A DNA stretch of 64,000 nucleotides, taken from contig JAUPKX010000005.1 in NCBI GenBank assembly GCA_030837225.1, forward strand, positions 8,049 through 72,048, in the 5' to 3' direction. Under the pieces are notes generated by a model, which made no database searches, had not been told where the DNA came from, and was given only the letters and a program-made list of their open reading frames with translations. The stretch comes from Patescibacteria group bacterium. Its GTDB lineage: Bacteria > Patescibacteriota > Minisyncoccia > Phycocordibacterales > Phycocordibacteraceae. Shown piece after piece: positions 9,935 to 17,448 of this stretch (the stretch's first letter is position 1; every line of letters starts with the position of its first letter). A program made the translations under genes and the position numbers.

Positions 9935-10738
9935 AGGGGCAATCTGCCCTAGTTGCGACTCTAAGCGAGTAATCGCTTTGCAATCAATTCGGCTATATGC
10001 TGGAACATCTGAGTATCCCTCGCTACGAGGTATAATAATAATTATGCCCGTGACAATGCGTAGGGTGCAGAAAATCAGCAGGGAAGGCCCTGGGGGACAG
10101 CAACTCAGCTCGTCCTCTAGGGAACCCTCAGAGACTACACGCCGAACTCCTCGGTGGACAAAGCGGCAACGCATCGCTCTTGCATACCTTAATGGTGCGC
10201 TTGGTGACGCGAGCCGCAATAAGAGATCACGCATCCGCTATGCGCAAAAGTATCCAGAATGGCTTCGAATGCTTCAGCAGTTACTTGCTGAACTTGGAGC
10301 GAAATCCTGGATGTATAAGGAGGGAAAACAGCGCTCAGTATTCGTACTTGAGACTTGCTGTCCTCAACTTGATTTTGCATGTAACGGAGAGCATCTTGAA
10401 ACGCGAGACGAAAGAATCGCCTACCTTCAAGGGTTCTTCGATGCTGAAGGTGGTGTTCCGCATGGGATACACGCACGCTTCTATATTCAGTTAGTCCAAA
10501 AAGACCGACCGAAAGTAGAGATGCTTGCTCGCATGCTGGACACACTCAGTATCAAGACTGGTGTCGTACATAATCCAAGTGTTCGTGTTGATCCTGAATA
10601 CTGGAGAGTATTCGTATCGACCCGTTCGCATGCTGCGTTCGCGCAGATAATTGGTTCGCGACATCCGGTCAAAGGACCGATCCTCCAGACGAGGATGAAG
10701 ATATAGTCCATGCCGCATGGCGACATGCGGGAAATCAT
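9935..10738 (+). mobile_element. Group I intron 3 in 16S, inserted inside 'AAGTCGT|AACAAGG'. It carries a second homing endonuclease ORF.
   Basis: Exon junction 'aagtcgt'+'aacaaggcacgg' restores the conserved helix-45 sequence. The exon ends in T and the intron ends in G. It shares the motifs 'ggctatatgctggaa' and 'gatatagtcc' with intron 1. Confidence 0.7.
9978..10706 (+). CDS. LAGLIDADG homing endonuclease (intron-encoded), a paralog of the first.
   Basis: 'LAYLNGALGDAS' and 'LQGFFDAEGGV' are LAGLIDADG-type motifs. The ORF is wholly inside the third 16S insertion. Confidence 0.75.
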   Translation: MQSIRLYAGTSEYPSLRGIIIIMPVTMRRVQKISREGPGGQQLSSSSREPSETTRRTPRWTKRQRIALAYLNGALGDASRNKRSRIRYAQKYPEWLRMLQQLLAELGAKSWMYKEGKQRSVFVLETCCPQLDFACNGEHLETRDERIAYLQGFFDAEGGVPHGIHARFYIQLVQKDRPKVEMLARMLDTLSIKTGVVHNPSVRVDPEYWRVFVSTRSHAAFAQIIGSRHPVKGPILQTRMKI

Positions 10739-10935
10739 GAACAAGGCACGGCTAGCGGAAGCTGGTCGTGGAACATATCCAATCGGAATGAGAAGTCAGA
10801 AATGACTCTCTCCGGTCGATTATCGCTCTTCGGAGAGATAGGGAGATGGCGCTGCGTCCCTAAACGCGCGCACGGACGCCGGAAAAACGCACCGGTAGTT
10901 TGGTAGGAGCGCTCAATTGACGCTCGTACTGGACT

Positions 10936-10986
10936 GAATAGGCGGAACACAAGAGTACGTCATGTTCAACATTTCATTCTAACTAT
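10936..10986 (+). repeat. 3' arm of the rRNA processing stem (pairs with 7129-7184).
   Basis: Reverse-complementary to the 5' arm across roughly 45 of 50 positions. Confidence 0.75.
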
Positions 10987-10989
10987 CTG

Positions 10990-11045
10990 AAAAACCCCGT
11001 GCGGAACGATTCTCCTTGGAGTATCGTTCCGCACGGGGTTTTTCT
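10990..11045. terminator. Strong GC hairpin flanked by A-run and T-run; a rho-independent, potentially bidirectional terminator after the 16S unit.
   Basis: 'aaaaaccccgtgcggaacgat-tctccttggagt-atcgttccgcacggggttttt' has a 20-bp perfect stem. Confidence 0.6.
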
Positions 11046-11118
11046 GTAGTAGGCCAAAGCTGGAAGGAAACCCAGGATTCTGGTAGTATCCTCTAGTTCA
11101 GGGAGACAGAAGAAACAG

Positions 11119-11194
11119 GCAAGCGTAGCTCAGTTGGTAGAGCACTCGACTGATACTCGAGCGGTCGTAGGTTCGAATCCTACCGCTTGCACCA
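11119..11194 (+). tRNA. tRNA-Ile (anticodon GAU).
   Basis: Manual cloverleaf: acceptor gcaagcg/cgcttgc, D-arm gctc-agttggta-gagc, anticodon stem ctcga/tcgag with loop 'ctGATac', T-arm gtagg-ttcgaat-cctac, discriminator A and encoded CCA. Confidence 0.85.
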
Positions 11195-11196
11195 AG

Positions 11197-11231
11197 AGAA
11201 GAAGCCGGTCCCTGGGGACCGGCTTCTTCTA
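11197..11231 (+). terminator. Hairpin terminator immediately after tRNA-Ile.
   Basis: 'agaagaagccggtcccc-tgg-ggaccggcttcttct' followed by 'at'. The stem is perfect and 15-16 bp long. Confidence 0.55.
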
Positions 11232-11282
11232 TACCCACCTTATGTTCACGGAGACTCACTCGTCCCGGTATACTGCATCTAT

Positions 11283-11819
11283 ATGCGACACATGCTCATT
11301 GTGCTTGGGATCTCTCTCGCTGCCATCGTGGTTGGTGCGGGTCTCTATTTCTACGGACCGTCTGAATTGCGCGAGACACCGGTGCTGAATGGAACAGAAG
11401 CCTCAGCGCTTAGTGCAGACCAGGCCGTCCCTGTTTCGTTTGCGGTACTTGCAGAAGGTACGAATGCGTCGAGCGTTTCCGAACGCAAGAACTTCGCGGT
11501 ATATACCGAAGAAGATTTCGCACGTCTATGGGCTATGGCGTATGACACAGACGGAGAAACGATGCCATCGATTGATTTCGATACCCAGTACGTAATTGGG
11601 GTGTTCGCTGGCGAGAAGTCGAGCGGAGGACACACTATCGAGGTGGCGAGCGTTACGGACGCGAGCTCAATCCGAACGGTCTCCATGGCCCTCACGCGTC
11701 CAGGGGAGGGCTGTATGGTGTCAGAGGCTCTCACGAGCCCATTCCAGCTTATTTCCGTGCCGGTATCAGACCGGGAGCTCGCACGCACCGAGACCGAGGT
11801 CGTGACTGTCTGCCAGTAG
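11283..11819 (+). CDS. Hypothetical membrane-anchored protein (N-terminal TM helix plus extracytoplasmic domain). The listed ORF extends upstream to 11187, into the terminator.
   Basis: 'MLIVLGISLAAIVVGAGLYFYG' hydrophobic N-terminus. No confident family assignment. Confidence 0.45.
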   Translation: MRHMLIVLGISLAAIVVGAGLYFYGPSELRETPVLNGTEASALSADQAVPVSFAVLAEGTNASSVSERKNFAVYTEEDFARLWAMAYDTDGETMPSIDFDTQYVIGVFAGEKSSGGHTIEVASVTDASSIRTVSMALTRPGEGCMVSEALTSPFQLISVPVSDRELARTETEVVTVCQ

Positions 11820-11850
11820 CCGTATTGTGAGAATGCGCTAGGATTCCAGA

Positions 11851-13173
11851 GTGGAACTACAGAGCTATTTCTCCGGGAAGAAGATAACCGTTATGGGACT
11901 CGGCCTTTTGGGTCGGGGGGTTGGCGATGCACGCTACCTGGCTTCCCAAGGGGCTGAGCTCATTGTTTCGGACCTCAAGTCCAAAGAGGACCTTGTAACG
12001 TCTGTTGAGGCACTTTCCAGCTTCCCGAACATAACCTTTGTCCTTGGCGAGCACCGGCTCGAGGATTTCCAGGACCGGGATTTCATACTTAAGGCCGCAG
12101 GCGTACCACTCGATTCAATCTATATAGATGAAGCGAGGAAGGCAGGGGTACCGATCAAAATGAGCGCCTCCTGGTTCAAGGAGCTTTCTGGTATTCCGCT
12201 CATCGGCATCACGGGCACGCGCGGCAAGTCCACCGTTACCCACATGCTCCACGACATACTTTCGGCTGCAGGCGGAAAGATTCTTCTTGGCGGGAACGTG
12301 CGGGGCGTTTCAACGCTCGCGCTTCTTGAAGAGGCGACGCCTGAGCACACCGCACTCTTCGAGCTCGACTCCTGGCAGCTTCAGGGATTCGGGGAAGACC
12401 GTATGAGTCCAGAACTTTCACTCTTCACAACGTTCTACCCAGACCATCTTTCGTATTACAAGGACGATATCGATGCGTACCTAGCAGATAAGGCAAACAT
12501 TTTCCTGTACCAGAAGCCAAGCGATACACTCATTCTCGGCGAGCAGATGGCACTTACCGTTATAGACAAGTATGAGAACCAGATTGCGTCAAAGGTTCAA
12601 GTTGCCGGAGAGAAGACGCTTCCGGAAGGTCTCGAGCTCTTGGTACCAGGCGAGCACAACCGGTACGATGCGGCGCTTGCGCTTGCGGCAGCGCGTGCGC
12701 TTGGTGTGGACGACAGCATAAGCGTGAAGGCGCTTGAAGCCTTCCTTGGTATTCCGGGCAGGTTGGAGCTCGTTGCGCTCAAAGACGGTGTTTCCTTCTA
12801 CAACGATACGAACTCAACTACACCAGAGGCGACAATCGTAGCGCTCCATGCGCTCGCAGAAGAGGGAGGTGCGCGCATCAATCTCATCTTGGGCGGGCAT
12901 GACAAGGGACTCGAAATGAAGAACCTTCTTGAGCTTATCGGCGAGAGTACGAAGCATGTTTCGCTACTTGCCGGGAGCGGTACAGATCGCATCACGGAGT
13001 CTCTTCCGGATGCGCCTATTTTTGATTCGCTTGAGGAAGCGGTTACCGATGCGAGGAGTCATGCAGAGCCCGGAGACACAGTACTCCTTTCTCCGGCCTT
13101 TGCGTCCTTTGGTATGTTTACGAACGAGTATGATCGCGGCGACCAGTTTACTGCTATCGTTAAGGGTCTATGA
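11851..13173 (+). CDS. murD: UDP-N-acetylmuramoyl-L-alanine--D-glutamate ligase.
   Basis: N-terminal 'GLGLLGRGVG' Rossmann-like motif, 'GITGTRGKSTVTHML' P-loop and C-terminal Mur ligase domain. Confidence 0.85.
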   Translation: MELQSYFSGKKITVMGLGLLGRGVGDARYLASQGAELIVSDLKSKEDLVTSVEALSSFPNITFVLGEHRLEDFQDRDFILKAAGVPLDSIYIDEARKAGVPIKMSASWFKELSGIPLIGITGTRGKSTVTHMLHDILSAAGGKILLGGNVRGVSTLALLEEATPEHTALFELDSWQLQGFGEDRMSPELSLFTTFYPDHLSYYKDDIDAYLADKANIFLYQKPSDTLILGEQMALTVIDKYENQIASKVQVAGEKTLPEGLELLVPGEHNRYDAALALAAARALGVDDSISVKALEAFLGIPGRLELVALKDGVSFYNDTNSTTPEATIVALHALAEEGGARINLILGGHDKGLEMKNLLELIGESTKHVSLLAGSGTDRITESLPDAPIFDSLEEAVTDARSHAEPGDTVLLSPAFASFGMFTNEYDRGDQFTAIVKGL

Positions 13174-13664
13174 CCAGTATCTATCAGCATACGGTTGAGA
13201 ATCCATTCCATATTTCGGTTGGGGCGGTGTTGGTAAACGAAAAAGGAGAGATATGCGTGCATACGTTTCCGGTCAGTGAGCTAGCACAAGATTTGCAGGC
13301 TACTCTTTCTGTTGAGCGACTCCACATTCTTATGCGGGAATCGGTCGAAGAAGGGGAGACCTTGAGTGAGGCAGTACTACGAGGTCTTCAAGAAGAGTTC
13401 GGCGCCACGGGTACGGTTAAGCGCTATCTAGGGTCGTTGTGTGGGCGAGCTTTCTCGCCGAAGGGAAGTTTTGAGAAAACTACTCTTTATTTTTTGGTGG
13501 AGCTCGATCAGATGGGCGAGCGACCAGAAGATCTCGAGTCCTCCTCGGAGCTTCGGTGGATTGAGCCCGGCTTTCTTATGGAAAAGATGCGCGCCCAAAG
13601 GAGCGACATACGAGACGATTTAGATGAGTCAGGGATAATCGAAAACTATGTCAAATATCGCTAG
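13170..13664 (+). CDS. NUDIX hydrolase family protein.
   Basis: Nudix-box-like segment 'RESVEEGETLSEAVLRGLQEEFG' (Gx5Ex7REUxEExGU pattern). Confidence 0.55.
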   Translation: MTSIYQHTVENPFHISVGAVLVNEKGEICVHTFPVSELAQDLQATLSVERLHILMRESVEEGETLSEAVLRGLQEEFGATGTVKRYLGSLCGRAFSPKGSFEKTTLYFLVELDQMGERPEDLESSSELRWIEPGFLMEKMRAQRSDIRDDLDESGIIENYVKYR

Positions 13665-14937
13665 TGTAAAGAAGGTTCACTTCGTCGGTATTGGCGGGAT
13701 TGGTATGTCTGCACTTGCGCAGTACCTCGTTGATCTTGGCATTGAGGTTACGGGGTCTGATCGCGACGCAAGTCCCGTTACCGATCTCCTCGAGAGTCGG
13801 GGAATTTCCGTGATGCTCACGCAGGTAGCAGAAAACGTGCCAAAAGATGCTGACCTCATTGTTTATTCTGAGGCGGTATGGGCAGATAATCCTGAACGAG
13901 CACGAGCAACGGAGCTCGGTATACCGCAGAAGTCATACTTTGAGGTGCTCGGGGACGCGTCAGAAGCGAAGCGCACCGTTGCCGTATCTGGAACGCACGG
14001 GAAGACCACAACCACCGGCATGCTGGCGCGGATCCTTCGCGATGCACAGGTGTCTCCAACGGCTATCGTTGGAAGCCTGGTACGGGACTTCGGCTCGAAC
14101 TATCTCCCCGGCTCGTCCGACTGGCTCGTGGTTGAGGCATGTGAATACAAGCGTGACTTCCTTACGCTTGCTCCGGAGATTTTGGTTATAACGAATATCG
14201 AGCTCGACCACACCGATTACTACAAGGACCTCGAGGACGTGCAGAACGCGTTCAGGACGCTTGCTGAGAAACTACCACCCAACGGCACTATCATTACGGA
14301 CGCTACGCACCCGAACATTGCGCCAGTACTCGAGGGTCTTTCAGCAAAGATTGTCGACTATACGCTCGAGCCGTCATATGAGACGCGTTTCCCGGGCGAG
14401 TACAACAAGATGAATGCACGTGCTGCCGCTGCCGCTGCTCGTATTGTTCTTCCAAGCATCACTGAGTCACAGATTGCCGATGCACTTGCAGCGTTCGAAG
14501 GTACCTGGCGCAGGTTTGAATACAAAGGAACAACAAAGAAGGGTGCCGGTGTGTATGACGACTATGCGCATCATCCAACCGCAGTCCGCAAGACTATTAC
14601 GGAGCTGCGTGCAAAGACAAACGGACAGGTGTTTGTTGCGTTCCATCCACATCTCTTCAGTCGCACCCGTGATCTGCTCGACGACTTCGCAACTGCATTT
14701 GAAGGAGCGGACAGGGTGCTTATTGCACCAATCTTTGCGGCACGAGAGATCGATGACGGTACCGTATCGAACGCCATACTTGCAGAACGCATTCGAGAAA
14801 ACGGCGTCGTTGCGGACGCCATGAGTCTTGAGGAGATCAATGACGTTCTTGAAAGCGAGCCGGGAGACCAGGATCTCATCATGACCATGGGTGCAGGGAA
14901 TATATATAAGATTGCTGACCAGCTCGTGAAGCACTAG
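13648..14937 (+). CDS. murC: UDP-N-acetylmuramate--L-alanine ligase.
   Basis: 'VHFVGIGGIGMSALAQYLVDLGIEVTGSD' N-terminus and 'GTHGKTTTTGMLA' P-loop are MurC signatures. Confidence 0.85.
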   Translation: MSNIASVKKVHFVGIGGIGMSALAQYLVDLGIEVTGSDRDASPVTDLLESRGISVMLTQVAENVPKDADLIVYSEAVWADNPERARATELGIPQKSYFEVLGDASEAKRTVAVSGTHGKTTTTGMLARILRDAQVSPTAIVGSLVRDFGSNYLPGSSDWLVVEACEYKRDFLTLAPEILVITNIELDHTDYYKDLEDVQNAFRTLAEKLPPNGTIITDATHPNIAPVLEGLSAKIVDYTLEPSYETRFPGEYNKMNARAAAAAARIVLPSITESQIADALAAFEGTWRRFEYKGTTKKGAGVYDDYAHHPTAVRKTITELRAKTNGQVFVAFHPHLFSRTRDLLDDFATAFEGADRVLIAPIFAAREIDDGTVSNAILAERIRENGVVADAMSLEEINDVLESEPGDQDLIMTMGAGNIYKIADQLVKH

Positions 14938-14968
14938 GGTTCCGGGCGTATTCTGATACAGTCTTTCC

Positions 14969-15655
14969 ATGCAGGGCACTCTCTCCGTTGTCGCCACCCC
15001 GATCGGCAATCTCGCCGATATCACGCTCCGTGCGCTCGATACCCTGAAAGCCGCTGACGCCATCGCTTGCGAGGATACGCGCGTAACCGCAAAGCTTCTG
15101 GCTCGCTACGACATTCAGAAGCCGCTCCTTATCTTCCATGCGCAGAGCGGCCGCCATGCCTCGACCCGTATTCTCCAAATGCTCGCGGAAGGGAAGCATA
15201 TCGCGCTCGTGACGGACGCCGGGACCCCGGGCATCTCGGACCCAGGAAGTGCGCTCGTGCGCGAGGTCCGCGATACGCTTCGCGAGGACGCCCGAATCGA
15301 GGTTATCCCAGGACCTGCTGCGGTAACGGCTGCACTTTCGATTGCAGGCGTGCCTACCGACGAATTCACGTTCCTCGGCTTCCTCCCCCATAAGAAGGGA
15401 AGGCAAACGCTCTTCAAGGAAATTGCCGACTCAACTCGGACCATGGTCTTCTACGAGTCCCCGCACCGTATCGAGAAGGCGCTCGCCTCGCTTTCTGACG
15501 TCCTCGAGGATGACCGAAAGGTTATTATCCTTCGCGAGCTCACGAAGATGTTCGAGTCCTTTGTTGAGGGTACGGCTGCTGAGGTTGCCGCCCATTTCGC
15601 CGAGAAGCAGGACCAGGTACGCGGCGAATTCGTCGTTATCGTCACGCCTGCGTAG
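14969..15655 (+). CDS. rsmI: 16S rRNA (cytidine1402-2'-O)-methyltransferase.
   Basis: 'LSVVATPIGNLADITLRALDTLKAADAIACEDTR' is the RsmI tetrapyrrole-methylase-like N-terminus. The length, about 228 aa, is typical. Confidence 0.8.
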   Translation: MQGTLSVVATPIGNLADITLRALDTLKAADAIACEDTRVTAKLLARYDIQKPLLIFHAQSGRHASTRILQMLAEGKHIALVTDAGTPGISDPGSALVREVRDTLREDARIEVIPGPAAVTAALSIAGVPTDEFTFLGFLPHKKGRQTLFKEIADSTRTMVFYESPHRIEKALASLSDVLEDDRKVIILRELTKMFESFVEGTAAEVAAHFAEKQDQVRGEFVVIVTPA

Positions 15656-15687
15656 CGCTCTACGAGGGGCAGGGTATACTGTCCTCA

Positions 15688-15876
15688 ATGTCTCGAAGCC
15701 TTATGCTCATTGTGCTTGGCGCACTCACCGTGCTCTCACCCTTTTCAGGACTCCCTATGAGTATCCTTACCTGGATACTGCCGCTCTTCGGTCTTGCGGT
15801 TGTGGCAATTGGCGTGTCGTATCGCAGACAGCCTGCCCGAGCCTCGCATGAAGCATCTCTCTCCACATCTTCGTAA
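15688..15876 (+). CDS. Possible small two-TM membrane protein. It overlaps the start of the next ORF in another frame, so it is uncertain.
   Basis: The 62-aa ORF has two hydrophobic segments. There is no other support. Confidence 0.25.
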   Translation: MSRSLMLIVLGALTVLSPFSGLPMSILTWILPLFGLAVVAIGVSYRRQPARASHEASLSTSS

Positions 15877-16927
15877 TCCGCTGGTCCTCATCGTAGGGCT
15901 CGGTGTCCTGATACTCCTTCTCGGCCTCCTCGTTATCCCGCACGCAGCCGCGACGCGCTTTGATCGTAGTAGCGAGACCGCTACCTCTACACTCGATACG
16001 CTCTTCAACAAGGAGCCGGAGAAGCCAGTCTTTGATAACGCGGCGTATGACGCGAAGATGCTCTCGATGGCGAATTATGCGTCTACCACCTCGACGACTA
16101 CTGAGCGTATCTGGCCCGTAAAGGCTGCCTATCCAAAGGAAGGTGCTTTGCTGCCGTTCAATCGCATCATCGCGTACTACGGAAACTTCTACTCAACGAA
16201 GATGGGTGTCCTCGGCGAGTACCCCGAGGCACAGATGCTCCAAATGTTAGCTAGCGAGCAAAAGAAATGGGAGACGGCTGACCCGAAAACTCCAACAGTC
16301 CCTGCGATCAACTACATTGCCATAACGGCGCAGGAGCTTCCTGGAAAGGAAGGGAAGTATATCTTGCGCATGCCCGACACGGAGATTGATAAGGCGGTAG
16401 AGCTTGCGAAGAAAATCGACGGTATCGTTATCCTCGATATCCAGATCGGGTTCTCAACACTCGAGCATGAACTCCCGATGCTTGAGAAGTATCTTGCGAT
16501 GCCGAATGTGCACCTCGGGCTCGATCCGGAATTCCATATGATTGGCGAAGATCCACCGGGTCACGTCATTGGTTCGTTTGATGCACGAGATATTAACTAC
16601 GCGGCAGAGTACATGGCAGAGCTCGTACGGAAGCATAATCTACCGCCAAAGGTTTTGATTGTGCATCGCTTTACACAGCGCATGGTTACGAATTACCAGA
16701 ACATCACACCGCTTCCTGAAGTGCAGGTGGTCATGGACATGGATGGCTGGGGCCCACCACTGAAGAAGATCAATACCTATAAGGCGTTCGTGGCACCAGA
16801 ACCGGTCCAATTCACAGGATTCAAGATCTTCTACAAGAACGACCTGAAGCCGCCGTCTGAGCGCTTGCTTACACCAGGCGACCTCCTGAAGCTCACGCCG
16901 CAGCCAATGTTCATCCAGTATCAGTAA
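15845..16927 (+). CDS. Hypothetical membrane-anchored protein, possibly a TIM-barrel glycoside-hydrolase-like domain. The start is taken at 'MKHLSPHL'.
   Basis: N-terminal TM 'LVLIVGLGVLILLLGLLVI'. The remainder is a soluble domain with no confident family call. Confidence 0.45.
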   Translation, partial: RMKHLSPHLRNPLVLIVGLGVLILLLGLLVIPHAAATRFDRSSETATSTLDTLFNKEPEKPVFDNAAYDAKMLSMANYASTTSTTTERIWPVKAAYPKEGALLPFNRIIAYYGNFYSTKMGVLGEYPEAQMLQMLASEQKKWETADPKTPTVPAINYIAITAQELPGKEGKYILRMPDTEIDKAVELAKKIDGIVILDIQIGFSTLEHELPMLEKYLAMPNVHLGLDPEFHMIGEDPPGHVIGSFDARDINYAAEYMAELVRKHNLPPKVLIVHRFTQRMVTNYQNITPLPEVQVVMDMDGWGPPLKKINTYKAFVAPEPVQFTGFKIFYKNDLKPPSERLLTPGDLLKLTPQPMFIQYQ

Positions 16928-16963
16928 TCAAGGCTTGGTCGGCGGCCCATGGTCTGAGGATTG

Positions 16964-16972
16964 TGGTATAAT
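16964..16972 (+). promoter_or_regulatory. Extended -10 promoter element (TGgTATAAT) just upstream of hicB.
   Basis: 'ttgtggtataatg' read directly. It ends 6-7 nt before the hicB ATG at 16979, suggesting a very short or absent leader. Confidence 0.35.
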
Positions 16973-16978
16973 GTGGCT

Positions 16979-17191
16979 ATGAAGCACGGAACATTTCCTA
17001 TCATTCTCCAGAAAGAGCAGGAAGGCGGCTACTCCGTCTCAAATGTTGCGCTGGAAGGCTGCTACTCTCAGGGCGAGACCGTAGAAGAAGCGCTCGAGAA
17101 CATCAAAGAGGCAACGCTCTTGTGTCTGGAGGATGCTGACTCAGCCACTGCCAAGAGCAAGGACGTGAGTCTTCACATGGTCACGGTCTAG
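16979..17191 (+). CDS. hicB: HicB-family antitoxin (type II toxin-antitoxin).
   Basis: 'GTFPIILQKEQEGGYSVSNVALEGCYSQGETVEEALENIKEA' matches the HicB/UPF0150 RNase-H-like fold consensus. It is immediately followed by a HicA-like gene. Confidence 0.7.
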   Translation: MKHGTFPIILQKEQEGGYSVSNVALEGCYSQGETVEEALENIKEATLLCLEDADSATAKSKDVSLHMVTV

Positions 17192-17194
17192 TAT

Positions 17195-17419
17195 ATGCCG
17201 AAGCTCCCTATCCTCTCGGGAGCGGAATTGATACGCATACTCGAACGACATGGATACGAACAGGTTAGGGTACGAGGGAGTCACGTGCGCCTGTACCCTT
17301 CGGTGCCTACTTCTGGCTTGAAAAAAGTGACTGTCCCGCTCCATAAGGAGATCAGGCCAGGTACACTCCTGAGCATCATGAGGGATGCAGGACTAGGTGT
17401 CGAAGATGTTGATGACTAA
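17195..17419 (+). CDS. hicA: HicA-family mRNA interferase toxin.
   Basis: 'ELIRILERHGYEQVRVRGSHVRL...VPLHKEIRPGTLLSIMRDAGL' matches the HicA (YcfA-like) consensus, including the GSH catalytic motif. Confidence 0.75.
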   Translation: MPKLPILSGAELIRILERHGYEQVRVRGSHVRLYPSVPTSGLKKVTVPLHKEIRPGTLLSIMRDAGLGVEDVDD

Positions 17420-17448
17420 TCCAAAGGAGAGACCGATCGGAAGAGTCG

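Larger units (their letters stand above)
7190..10780 (+). rRNA. rrs: 16S rRNA gene interrupted by three group I introns. Exons are approximately 7190-7642, 8556-9418, 9844-9934 and 10739-10780, a total near 1.45 kb.
   Basis: Conserved 16S blocks are present in order: 'agagtttgatcctagctcag', 'cctacgggaggc', 'gccagcagg-gcggtaatac', 'gggattagataccc', 'aaactcaaaggaat', 'gcatggtcgtcgtcag', 'gtcgtaacaaggcacgg'. The blocks are split by long insertions at canonical intron insertion sites. The exact 3' end is uncertain, since the anti-SD region is divergent. Confidence 0.85.

Noticed and set aside
9419-10234. Short minus-strand ORFs (9419-9706, 9459-9704, 9926-10234) and the plus-strand ORF 9608-9910 inside the 16S introns.
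   Set aside because: They lie within structured intron RNA, or overlap the antisense of the LAGLIDADG ORF, and contain no motifs. The only credible intron ORFs are the two plus-strand LAGLIDADG genes.
11187-11282. Upstream extension of ORF 11187-11819, which would start inside the tRNA terminator hairpin.
   Set aside because: That start is embedded in the terminator stem. The internal Met at 11283 precedes a clear TM helix and is the more plausible start.
14467-15406. Minus-strand ORFs 14467-15063 and 14879-15406 antisense to murC and rsmI.
   Set aside because: They are antisense to two confidently identified genes and have no domain signatures.
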